Of a DNA stretch of 64,000 bases, positions 26,830 through 35,937 are shown one piece after another. Made by a program: the position numbers and the translations under genes. Each line of letters begins with the position of its first letter. The first letter of the stretch is position 1. The notes under the pieces are model-generated. The model was not told the origin of the DNA. It made no database searches and saw nothing but the letters and a program-made list of their open reading frames with translations. The stretch is from a virus. The DNA lies in IMG/VR virus record IMGVR_UViG_3300032265_000877, positions 1 to 64,000 of that record, one strand, 5' to 3'.

Positions 26830-27233
26830 AAGTAGTTGAAGTCCATTCCCCAGTGTCCGTACCGTAACAGATTTTTTGGCATGTCTATAACGCCAAGAAC
26901 TTCAGGTCTGTAAGGCAAGTCTTGCATTACAGCCTCTATAGAATCGTAGGCTCTGGAGTAACGAAATGGGTTAGTCCCCATTGCATCTAAAGTAAGCATC
27001 AACTCTTCAAGGTCCTCTGAGTTAATCTCATATGAAATCATCTCAAGGGTGACCCCTTTGCGCGTGGTGTACAAGTAAAACTTACTAAGGATGTCTTTAC
27101 GGAGCTTTAGCTCCCGATTAACCTTAGGGATGATTTTAAACCGTTTTGTAACACTGGATTCCACAATTGAAAACGCGTCTGTTGTAACGAGTATTCTCTT
27201 GGGGAGCTCATTGCTGATGTCCCCGTTCTTCAT
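26826..27233 (-). CDS. hypothetical protein in replication operon
   Basis: 135-aa coupled ORF. Confidence 0.7.
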   Translation of the reverse strand: MKNGDISNELPKRILVTTDAFSIVESSVTKRFKIIPKVNRELKLRKDILSKFYLYTTRKGVTLEMISYEINSEDLEELMLTLDAMGTNPFRYSRAYDSIEAVMQDLPYRPEVLGVIDMPKNLLRYGHWGMDFNYL

Positions 27234-27539
27234 TTAGTAGACCTCAATCCTTCCGTACTTAATGACAAACTCTCTAAAGTTTTGAGCCGACTTCTTAGCC
27301 TTATCTGCGTCTTCTTCTGTAGCCCTACTAGATATCTCTAGCGGGTAAGTCCCATTGTTACTGTCAATGCGGGACTTAACAAAACGTGAATGCTTACAAG
27401 TACTACGCCCTCTAAACCCAGGGCAGGTGCAGAATAGAGTACCTTGCTCATCCCCTGATACCTCATAGATACCTGGTCCAGGGCTTTGAGTCTGACTCAA
27501 AAAGACCTGAATAAGCTTGGTAGTCATTGCTCTACTCAC
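27234..27539 (-). CDS. SWIM zinc-finger protein
   Basis: YEV...CTCPGF....CKH. Confidence 0.8.
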   Translation of the reverse strand: MSRAMTTKLIQVFLSQTQSPGPGIYEVSGDEQGTLFCTCPGFRGRSTCKHSRFVKSRIDSNNGTYPLEISSRATEEDADKAKKSAQNFREFVIKYGRIEVY

Positions 27540-28219
27540 TTTCTTAGATCCGATGTCTTGATAACTACGCTCATGAAAGACTCGTGAGCAAAACTCTCAG
27601 TTGCATCCCCATATACAGAGCCCCAATTTTTTAACAAGATATTTGTAGTAACAATAGTAGGCAGTCCATTGTTAAATCGTGTGCGCAACACATGATGCAA
27701 CATACTTTTTTGCCATCCAGATAAAGATGCGTGTTCTTTACCTAGATCATCAATGATCAGTACACGTATGTTGTAAGAGTCGTTTGGACAGTCACCCAAG
27801 AGGCCTTGATATAAAATCTGACTGTCGTCATCAGCGTCTTCCATTAGATCGCCTTTAAGATTAAGTATGTCGTTAAAGGTAATGAAGTAGCAAGGACGTA
27901 TAAGCACACGACCCTCTTTAACGTCAAAAGCCTCAATAGGGAACCGCGTCATAATCTCTTGAATGATGGAAAGCGCTAACGTAGTTTTACCGTGACCAGG
28001 CTCTCCACAGAGAAGTAACCCTCTACCGCATCTAGAGTTGCCTACAGAACGAACAACCTCTCCGTTCTCTAACGCATCCATCCAAACGTCAATTGAGTCA
28101 CGAGCAGCTGTTGTTATAACGGTGCAGTCATCTAGTAACCAGCCAAGGCGGTTTGGATTTATGTTTGCAGCCTTTACCCAAGCCTTGCGTCGTATCTTTA
28201 ACTCATCAAGATTAAACAC
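27536..28219 (-). CDS. DnaC/IstB-like AAA+ helicase loader
   Basis: GEPGHGKT, LIIDDLGKE, R...GLPTIVTTN. Confidence 0.88.
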   Translation of the reverse strand: MFNLDELKIRRKAWVKAANINPNRLGWLLDDCTVITTAARDSIDVWMDALENGEVVRSVGNSRCGRGLLLCGEPGHGKTTLALSIIQEIMTRFPIEAFDVKEGRVLIRPCYFITFNDILNLKGDLMEDADDDSQILYQGLLGDCPNDSYNIRVLIIDDLGKEHASLSGWQKSMLHHVLRTRFNNGLPTIVTTNILLKNWGSVYGDATESFAHESFMSVVIKTSDLRK

Positions 28220-29040
28220 TAGAACCTTTCCAACTGCCGCTTAGATATCTCTTTAGCTTTTTCTACATCTTCAGAGGTGATAGTGCTTTGTTGAGCCGCT
28301 ATCTGCAGGCTACCAAAGTCACGAAGGAACAATCGCCAGACCATATCAGAGTCCTTGATCTTCTTCTCATGATCTAGCCGACCGAAGAAGATATCCATCA
28401 TCTTGACCTCAACGTCTCCTGTAGTGCCATAACTCTTTCGCGCCTTTGCGTACGCCGTTTTAAATACCGCTCGAGAACCCTCCCACGGAGTTATGTCCCA
28501 CCTGACCATGCGGTTGGCGAACTCAAAGACTGCGTTGTCTATAGACCAATGGTTTGGATCGCGATTGATATTGGCGGCCATAGCCTTTTCAGCCTTAGCG
28601 TTGCGAGCCTCGCGGTACTCGCGGTCACGGAGTTCTTTATCTCGGCGCTTGAGCTCGGCCATCTCCTCGGGGTCTTGCTCTATTTGACCTAATGAGTTCC
28701 ATTCATCATTCATCGCTTCTTCTCCCCGTTTGGCTTCGCCAAACCCTATTTTTTTACTTATAAATGTATTAGTATTTAGTACTAAATTGCTATACAGCTG
28801 TGACTGCTGTATCAGAAGTGCCGATTTGGGACTCCCATCGGTTAGCCGCGAAACGGTAATGTACTTGCCGTTGATAACCTCCCGAGTGGTTTTAATGTAG
28901 CCAGCCTCTCGGAGCTCCTTTAAGACAGCCAGCATGGTTTTGCGACCCTCTGAAAAAATCCGAGCAAGGTTCTCAGCGCTGATATTAGCCTCTGATTCTT
29001 GTAGATACATGTAGACCCCTAGGGCACGGGCTGAAATCAC
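28219..29040 (-). CDS. replication initiator (N-terminal wHTH)
   Basis: ISARALGVYMYL...SEGR....LKELREAGYI, upstream of DnaC. Confidence 0.75.
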   Translation of the reverse strand: MISARALGVYMYLQESEANISAENLARIFSEGRKTMLAVLKELREAGYIKTTREVINGKYITVSRLTDGSPKSALLIQQSQLYSNLVLNTNTFISKKIGFGEAKRGEEAMNDEWNSLGQIEQDPEEMAELKRRDKELRDREYREARNAKAEKAMAANINRDPNHWSIDNAVFEFANRMVRWDITPWEGSRAVFKTAYAKARKSYGTTGDVEVKMMDIFFGRLDHEKKIKDSDMVWRLFLRDFGSLQIAAQQSTITSEDVEKAKEISKRQLERF

Positions 29041-29699
29041 TCCCTAGACCCCTTCTTGGGCGTTTCTGTGGCCTTCAGGAGTTCGGCTGCCACCTCTCTG
29101 GCGATCATTTTAGCTAAAGCTTGGACACCTAGATAAAAGTCCTCAGCCAGCTCCTCATCCTCTAGGTCTTCGTCGTCAAAGTCCTCAAGGTCCTCAAGGT
29201 CCTCTTCGACTTCCTCCTCTGGCTTAAAGAACTCTTCCAGCTCAGGGATAGACGGGTTCAATATAACCTCAGACGCGCCTGGGTTGAACTTAATCGGCAT
29301 CAAGCCCTCGGTCAGATCAAAAGAAGGCACCTTATGCTTGTCAAAGATGCTTAAGAGGTTATTGGTGCCTTGATCCTCATCATCTACCAATATAAAGGCT
29401 ATGACGTTGGTGCCTTTTAATTTAGTGCACGCAGTATCAAACGGAGTGTCGGAGTGGCTTACCGATGAAGAGGGTATGCCCTCATAGTTAGCGTCTTCTC
29501 TGCAGAAGAGCAGTATGTCTTTGCTCTTGTCTTTAGCAAGTTGCGCAGCAAAGATCTGCCCTTGACTTGGGCGCTTCTCATACGGGAATACAAAGGTAAC
29601 GTCTTGTCCGTGCCCGTATACGTAGTCTTCAATTAGTGCTTCTACATTTGCGCGGCTGGTCTGTCCATCACCGGCAACTATTACGTAGTATTTGTCCAT
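29037..29699 (-). CDS. hypothetical Rossmann/SLOG-like protein with acidic tail
   Basis: YVIVAGDG N-terminal strand; long Asp/Glu tract. Confidence 0.6.
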   Translation of the reverse strand: MDKYYVIVAGDGQTSRANVEALIEDYVYGHGQDVTFVFPYEKRPSQGQIFAAQLAKDKSKDILLFCREDANYEGIPSSSVSHSDTPFDTACTKLKGTNVIAFILVDDEDQGTNNLLSIFDKHKVPSFDLTEGLMPIKFNPGASEVILNPSIPELEEFFKPEEEVEEDLEDLEDFDDEDLEDEELAEDFYLGVQALAKMIAREVAAELLKATETPKKGSRE

Positions 29700-29732
29700 A
29701 GGACCCCCTGACTTAGGGGGCCTACGCTAGCA
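29700..29732 (-). promoter_or_regulatory. extended -10 promoter (TGCTAGCGT) overlapping an SD-occluding hairpin at the start of the replication operon
   Basis: Minus strand TAGGCCCCCT-AAGTC-AGGGGGTCCTA-TG. Confidence 0.6.
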
Positions 29733-29734
29733 CA

Positions 29735-32700
29735 TCAGGTTTGCGGTTGTGCAAGATACACGGCGGCGGTACTTCCAAGAGGCAGTACTGCCGCTAATGT
29801 TGACCCAAATAGACGGGTTTGAACTGCGTACTTGTTTTTATAGTAATGGCTACGCGCGGCATTTGCAGACCCCCCTTCCCATACAAAGTCTGAAGCGTCT
29901 CCTGGACCACCTGAGCCGTCAAAGTATGCAAGGACTTGTCCGTAATTTTCAAAGAGAGCTTGGTCAATATAAAGCACGTCGCTATTGGCTACAGAACTCC
30001 AGTTAATTTCTGCACTTGCGTATGCCGCGTTAGTTGGGGCCGCTCCAGTTACATATGGACGCGAGTAAGGTGCAGTGGCTGAGACAGGTGTTCCTATTAC
30101 GGTACTGATTAATGTGTATGACGAGTCGTACCAGTTGATCTTTGTGGTAACAGTTTCAGTAGTTCCGCCTGTCCACGCGTAGCAACTAAATGTGTAGGAC
30201 GTGTTTGGGTAGTAGATATTAAGTAGTTGACTGGTGGTTGACCCGTCCCAAGACTTTACTACCACCGAAGTTGTTCCTGTACCAGTCAAGATAAGAGAGT
30301 GGCCAGTTTGATAAGCAGAACCTGATGTAGCAAGTGATGCTTGGTCAGCAGCCGTTACTGCATATGAGAATGTATACAGTGTTACTGCTGTGATAGTGCG
30401 GTTACCGTTGTAGTTGGAAGAGGTAACTCCAGAGCCAGTTATGTTCGCAAGTGTTACTGAGCTGCCCACTTGTAGAGTGTGAGGGGTTGACACAGTTACA
30501 GTAGCTACGTTAGAGCTTATAGACGTAGCAGTTACTGTGTAAGCAATTGTATTTGGCTGCTTTACTGAAGAGTTTACAGCGGCAGTTGCTGACCCAGTAG
30601 TTGTCCAGGGAGCAGTGGTGCTAGCAAAGTTAGGGTTAGTTAGTTCGTTAATTCTGTTGGCACGTAGTGTCAAGTGGATCTGACGAGCGTCATCAAACGA
30701 GGTTGGAGTGCCTGCTATTTCAAATTGACCGGCATCAAAGAAATGGTGCTCATTAGTTGCTGAGCCACCAATGGATGCAATTGATACTCCAGGGCAAGCA
30801 TAAACCGCACCAGTCGGTGCGACATCCGATACATAAAATCTATAAGAACTGAAGAAAGTGGCAGTGTTATCTGTTGTTCCAGTGGTGCCCGTAGCAGTTC
30901 CTGAACTTGGAGTTGAGGTGCTAAGTAAAGCACCAAAACGGTCAAACCATTTAATCTTTGTGGTTATCGTTCTTGCAGTTGACCCAGATCCTTTAGCCGC
31001 ATAAATACTAAAACAGTAAGTTGTTCCCGCTACTACAGGAATTCCGTTAGTTACTGGCGCATCGTCACCACAGTATGCGTTAATGGTTTGCTGGCTTGTA
31101 GAAGTGTTGTATAGAGCAAAAATTCCATTAGCTTTGTTAGGAAATAGTGTAGGTGCCGTCGACTCTACCCAAGGACTTGGGTACGGAGTTATTAACCCGT
31201 ACTGCCCCGTAACAGGGTTGTACCCTGAACTTGCGGGTAAGTTGGTTGCGCTTGTAAGAGCAAAGCTGATAGAGGTTGGTGTAACCGCTGTAATGGTGTA
31301 AGGGGTTACAGAGTTAAAGAGAGGATAAGGCAAACCACTTACGGTGATGTAGTTACCTACGTCGTACTGTTGGTTGTAACTTGCGCTAAATGTCAGGGTA
31401 GCTACGTTAGAGGTTACCGCAGCGGTAAGAATAGGCAATACAGGTAGCTGGTCATAGTCAGCGGTGCCGTCAATAGATATCCAGTGACCCGTGCTTTCTT
31501 CAAAAGATGAGTCGTTGTAGTCAAGCATTAAGTTATGGCCAATTTGCACGCCCGCAACACTTGGGTTTGGCGTTACTGGGATAACCGTGTAACTTCCAGA
31601 GGCTTTGGCAAACAAGTATGTGGACAGGGTTAATGTGCGAGTAGTAGTGCTGGTATTAGCCACATTTGTAATAAGGGTATTTGGCTGAACACCATTGCCA
31701 AGTATCTCTGATCCAATGGCTATAGCGGTTCCAGCAAGCACAGAAACTACTATGGTGTTAGTTCCCACAGCTCCACCAGAAGAATAGGTGTATAGAGTTG
31801 AACCAACAGGTTGAACTGGGTAATACTGCCCAGACTTTGTGCTTAGATTAAACGTCTCAGCCCCAAGAGGGTCCGGCACTCCCCACCCAGTAAATGATTT
31901 AATAAAAGCAACTAACCCGTTGAGCGAGCCCTTTTGTTTTGTTAGGGTTACTGCTTCTCTAAGAAGAATGCGGTTCTGTTGTAAGCCGATTGCGGGTTCG
32001 TATGTTTGACCAAACTGATTTAACATAGTAGGGATCAGTGTGCCGCTTACAGTCTCTGTGTTGTACTTATTCTCTAAAAGATCGGAGAGAGTTCGAGTAT
32101 AGTCAAGCTGGAAACCAAAATTACTTAAGAAGCTGTATAGATCTGGGTTGTCCCAGTCAGACGTGGCGACATAAGGCTGCGAGATCTTATAGATCTCAGG
32201 CAAATAGTTATACAAGTTATCGGTGTTGCCATAGTTTTTTACGGACAAACCAATTGCGTTACCTGCGTTAGTCCACCTGTACTGTGTTAAGTTATACACA
32301 AAAATTGAGTAGTAATAGAACTGTCCTTGTGTTAATCCCGCAATTACAAATGTTCCTGTTCCGTTTACTACCGAGGAAGATTCAGCATTAATTACTGTAA
32401 AAGAGTAAGAGGATCCAGGTATCACCGTTGCCACAGACGCTACTATAAATAACCCGCTGTAGCCTGTGGGTAAAATACCAGAAATGTTTACGCTGGCTCC
32501 GGGAGAAACTTGTTGATAAGACGAAGAGTAAGTATAGGTTGAATATAGTGCCGTACTAGTTACTGAGGTAATTGAAAATGTAGGTGATGTTGAGTTGACC
32601 CCAGAGTCAATAAAAGTAACAGGATCTTTGCCATTGGCTGCAGTTAATACTTGTACTCCGTCGTATACGTTTACTGGAAAGCCGTAGCTGTTTCTAGTAA

Positions 32701-32857
32701 TAGTTAAGTTAGCCCAACTACCGCTTGGGTCTGTCCAGTTTAGTAAAATGCTTCCGTAGTTATATGGAATGGCCGTAAAGGGGGTGGCGTCAAACTTAAT
32801 TGGGTTGTCGCTACCGTAGTAGTCGACTCCATAGTAACTTAATCCGTAGCGCGACAT
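29735..32857 (-). CDS. baseplate/tail protein (P2 gpI-like core with FN3-, CBM- and FCCH-like modules)
   Basis: LYNYLPEIY...FL..FG..LD...KGS..GL..F....TGW gpI motif; Thr/Ser-rich beta domains; follows J. Confidence 0.8.
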   Translation of the reverse strand: MSRYGLSYYGVDYYGSDNPIKFDATPFTAIPYNYGSILLNWTDPSGSWANLTITRNSYGFPVNVYDGVQVLTAANGKDPVTFIDSGVNSTSPTFSITSVTSTALYSTYTYSSSYQQVSPGASVNISGILPTGYSGLFIVASVATVIPGSSYSFTVINAESSSVVNGTGTFVIAGLTQGQFYYYSIFVYNLTQYRWTNAGNAIGLSVKNYGNTDNLYNYLPEIYKISQPYVATSDWDNPDLYSFLSNFGFQLDYTRTLSDLLENKYNTETVSGTLIPTMLNQFGQTYEPAIGLQQNRILLREAVTLTKQKGSLNGLVAFIKSFTGWGVPDPLGAETFNLSTKSGQYYPVQPVGSTLYTYSSGGAVGTNTIVVSVLAGTAIAIGSEILGNGVQPNTLITNVANTSTTTRTLTLSTYLFAKASGSYTVIPVTPNPSVAGVQIGHNLMLDYNDSSFEESTGHWISIDGTADYDQLPVLPILTAAVTSNVATLTFSASYNQQYDVGNYITVSGLPYPLFNSVTPYTITAVTPTSISFALTSATNLPASSGYNPVTGQYGLITPYPSPWVESTAPTLFPNKANGIFALYNTSTSQQTINAYCGDDAPVTNGIPVVAGTTYCFSIYAAKGSGSTARTITTKIKWFDRFGALLSTSTPSSGTATGTTGTTDNTATFFSSYRFYVSDVAPTGAVYACPGVSIASIGGSATNEHHFFDAGQFEIAGTPTSFDDARQIHLTLRANRINELTNPNFASTTAPWTTTGSATAAVNSSVKQPNTIAYTVTATSISSNVATVTVSTPHTLQVGSSVTLANITGSGVTSSNYNGNRTITAVTLYTFSYAVTAADQASLATSGSAYQTGHSLILTGTGTTSVVVKSWDGSTTSQLLNIYYPNTSYTFSCYAWTGGTTETVTTKINWYDSSYTLISTVIGTPVSATAPYSRPYVTGAAPTNAAYASAEINWSSVANSDVLYIDQALFENYGQVLAYFDGSGGPGDASDFVWEGGSANAARSHYYKNKYAVQTRLFGSTLAAVLPLGSTAAVYLAQPQT

Positions 32858-32859
32858 GG

Positions 32860-34857
32860 TTAGCTTAGAATTCCGCCAGTAGCATTAAGAGTGACGCTTC
32901 CAATACCTGTAGCAGAAGGACTAGCTACAGTTCCTAGTTCGTATAGGGTAGGGATCTCATTAGAAGCGCAAACAATGTCCTTGACTGTAAGCGCTGTTAC
33001 GGATCCCCCAGAAGAAACAGAAGATACGTTTGTTGCCACAAGTGCGTACGAGAAAGTGTTACTAGTTACTGCGGTAACAACATAAGTTCCATTAAAGGTA
33101 GTATCTACCCCAGTAACCGACATTGTTTCTCCTACTGTAAGGGTATGGGTAACGGAGGTTGTTAGGGTAGCTACGTTTGAAGTAAGAGCCTTATTAGTAA
33201 TTGTATAGGTCTGGTCTTGATCGGCTCGCACCATCTTTAGCACTTGCTGGTATGCAACCCCGTTTACATTACCGATGGCGTAGTGCAGGTCAGAGATGCT
33301 GATAGTCTGACCAAAGAATACGTTATCAATATAGAACACGTTATTAATAGCTGAGGTAACGTTAGCTATCACAGATGACTGACGGTATTGTGGGGCCACC
33401 GTTATGTTAACAACAATATACACTCCAACATACTTAGGTGGTTGGAACGTAAGAGTTGTATTAGCGGGAGCTTTATTTGTAAGGTAATTTAAAACATTTG
33501 TTGCTGTTGTGTTAAAAACAGTAGTTGCTGTTGAGTTATCGGCCGCTACTCCCGGGTCACCCGCTGGAGCAATGTACAAAGTAACAGCACTATAAGTATT
33601 TGCTGTTGCTATTGCTTTTGACACACCCGTAACTTGAACCGCTAAAGCCGCGTAATCGGATAAAGATACAGCCCTGTTAATCGCTCTAATGCTAAGAGGC
33701 GCGTTGATTCTAATAGAGTCAGTTGATTCAGGATCCGCACCGCCGGAAGCGGCACCGTCTCCTTGGGTTACTATGTCTTGGTTAGATACAGAAAGCCCTG
33801 AAGGGATAGCAGATAGTGAAGGTACCTTAATAACATATTTAATGGTATTTGAAGCAACGTTGCCGACTACTCCTCCACCAATACGGTAATTAACGTAGAT
33901 TGTTGCTCCATTTGGCGGAATAATTCCGCTGATGCCGTCGCCAAAAGTTAGATAGGTAATGTTGTTAGCGTTTGTAAACGCTGAAAACACAGGGTCATAG
34001 CTACCATAGTCAACTAAATAATCTACCTGTGTATAAGCAGTTCCATTAATAGTTACTTGAACGCTGTTGCTAATAACTGACTGATTTAGTAGTGCAAAGG
34101 TTTGGTTAGCTGAGCCATTAGAAGTTCCTACAGGCTCATTTGAAATGGTTTCGCCTTGAGTGGCTAGAACAGCCATTGTTCCAGAGAACGTACCAAAAGA
34201 AGACCCTGTACCTGAAGGGGTAAAGCTTGCGCTTGGGTTGGCTACGGTAAATGTGTAGGCGCCAGAAGATCCGCCTATAGCTGTGACACTAAAGGTTCCG
34301 TTAAAGTAAGAAGGAGTAACTCCAGATACAGTAACCGAGCTCCCTACTTGAACTCCTTGAGTTGTAAGGCTGTATGTGTATGTGGCTACTGTTGTAGAAG
34401 ACGCTGACGCTGCAGTTAGTGCGGCCCCAGTTGGAGGAACAATGATTGCTGAGTTAGTCTCAAACACAACCTGAGCTGTGGTTGCGTTAGCTACAAGCGA
34501 GGTTGCTGCCTGAGTAAGTGCTGGAAGAGAAATAGGCGTAGCACTTGAGTTCTGGAAGGTAAGATTTACCGTTGATGCAGTGCTGGTAGTAGGGGTATAA
34601 CCTAATAGGTTAGCTAACTGAAGCACGCTTGAACGCTGAGTGGCCGTAGTAATAAACGACTCATTGGCTGCTCGGTCAATGTAGTAATTGAGGATGTCAC
34701 CCATGTAAGAGAACAGTTCTACAAGGGTCATACCAAAGTCGGCGGGATCACGGTTAGTCCACTGTGGGGCAAAATTAGGGATAAGCGTGGTCATATCCAA
34801 CAAAATAGACGCGTAGTCTCTTGATGTATAGTTGATTGATGGCACGTAGTTAGCCAC
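32860..34857 (-). CDS. baseplate wedge protein (J / T4 gp6-like)
   Basis: YTSRDY, WT.RDPADFG..LVEL.SY.GD...YYIDRAANE, GGADPES..SIR..AP...RAVSL.DY. Confidence 0.92.
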   Translation of the reverse strand: MANYVPSINYTSRDYASILLDMTTLIPNFAPQWTNRDPADFGMTLVELFSYMGDILNYYIDRAANESFITTATQRSSVLQLANLLGYTPTTSTASTVNLTFQNSSATPISLPALTQAATSLVANATTAQVVFETNSAIIVPPTGAALTAASASSTTVATYTYSLTTQGVQVGSSVTVSGVTPSYFNGTFSVTAIGGSSGAYTFTVANPSASFTPSGTGSSFGTFSGTMAVLATQGETISNEPVGTSNGSANQTFALLNQSVISNSVQVTINGTAYTQVDYLVDYGSYDPVFSAFTNANNITYLTFGDGISGIIPPNGATIYVNYRIGGGVVGNVASNTIKYVIKVPSLSAIPSGLSVSNQDIVTQGDGAASGGADPESTDSIRINAPLSIRAINRAVSLSDYAALAVQVTGVSKAIATANTYSAVTLYIAPAGDPGVAADNSTATTVFNTTATNVLNYLTNKAPANTTLTFQPPKYVGVYIVVNITVAPQYRQSSVIANVTSAINNVFYIDNVFFGQTISISDLHYAIGNVNGVAYQQVLKMVRADQDQTYTITNKALTSNVATLTTSVTHTLTVGETMSVTGVDTTFNGTYVVTAVTSNTFSYALVATNVSSVSSGGSVTALTVKDIVCASNEIPTLYELGTVASPSATGIGSVTLNATGGILS

Positions 34858-35263
34858 TTGTTACCTCCGTAATTACATCTCCAGACTGGTTAAGGATATC
34901 AGTTTTAACCACTAGAGTCTCGGCTGTTGCCGATACACCGTACTTATAACTTATAATTACATTTAAATGGCCGTCTTGCTGGTCTACTGATCCGTTTACA
35001 GATAGCAGCGTTAAATAGCTCAACCATCTGGCAAATCCGCTTGCTACTTCTTGGCTGATTAAGGCCATAGCAGCATCCAAATTTTCAAAGCTGGCGGCCC
35101 TGGTCTTTGTTCCAAAACTTGGGCGCATAACCCGTTCGCTTAGTAGAGTCATGATCACTAGGACAATACGATCTTGGATAATCTTCTTCTGGTCATTTGA
35201 GTAGGCCACGGCCCCATTTGCATCAAAGCCAAACGGAAGAGAGATAGCGCTTGGTGTTGTCAT
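34850..35263 (-). CDS. baseplate wedge subunit gp25/W-like
   Basis: ISLPF, T...ERVMRP.FG. Confidence 0.88.
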   Translation of the reverse strand: MTTPSAISLPFGFDANGAVAYSNDQKKIIQDRIVLVIMTLLSERVMRPSFGTKTRAASFENLDAAMALISQEVASGFARWLSYLTLLSVNGSVDQQDGHLNVIISYKYGVSATAETLVVKTDILNQSGDVITEVTSG

Positions 35264-35937
35264 AGTTCAACTCCTAACCAGACGGGGTAATTTGGGTCTC
35301 CAGCAGTAAACATAACCCAGACTTTTTGCCCAATACTAGGGACTAATCTGTGAGGTGTATGCTCTAAAGTGCTGGTTAAATCATTAAATGCAGAACCCGA
35401 AGAGGCATTCCAAAGGTTAGATTGGTTTACTGTTTTTACATGTGGGTGGGCCAATGTGTTACTTGATTGAGGAACTATGGGCTGGTATGACAAGTAGGCT
35501 GTGCTGGTTCCAGCGGCTAAAGACGTGGCGGCATACGGAGTGTTTGGGCAAGTAAATGAATAAGAACTTCCTGCTACCACTGTGGCAATAGCAAAGATGG
35601 TGTAAATGCCTCCGTTTACCGCAACCCCCGCACCAACAACGGCTTTTTGAGTTGTTGATGAGTATGTATAAATAGTTGATGTTCCAGAGGTAGTAACGTT
35701 AGTAACAGTCACGCCAGCGGGCGTTGCAAGTAGTGCAGCCACTTGAACTGCTGTGTGTGGGATGTGGTCGGGATGGTTAGAGTTAGAGGTTACTGGAAGG
35801 CAAGGTTTAGCCCAGTCAGTTTCAGCCGTCCCTAGAACTTGTGGGACCTGAAGTTTGATCTTGTGCTTATTATCGGGGTCTACATTGTTAGTGCAGACTC
35901 CTTCGTATACCCCATAAAAGCGCTTGTCTTCGTTCAT
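35260..35937 (-). CDS. gp5/Vgr OB-fold baseplate protein with internal insertion
   Basis: YEG....N.DP....IKLQVPQV...TDWA.PC and VPSIGQKVWVMF.AGDP.YPVW.G. Confidence 0.85.
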   Translation of the reverse strand: MNEDKRFYGVYEGVCTNNVDPDNKHKIKLQVPQVLGTAETDWAKPCLPVTSNSNHPDHIPHTAVQVAALLATPAGVTVTNVTTSGTSTIYTYSSTTQKAVVGAGVAVNGGIYTIFAIATVVAGSSYSFTCPNTPYAATSLAAGTSTAYLSYQPIVPQSSNTLAHPHVKTVNQSNLWNASSGSAFNDLTSTLEHTPHRLVPSIGQKVWVMFTAGDPNYPVWLGVEL

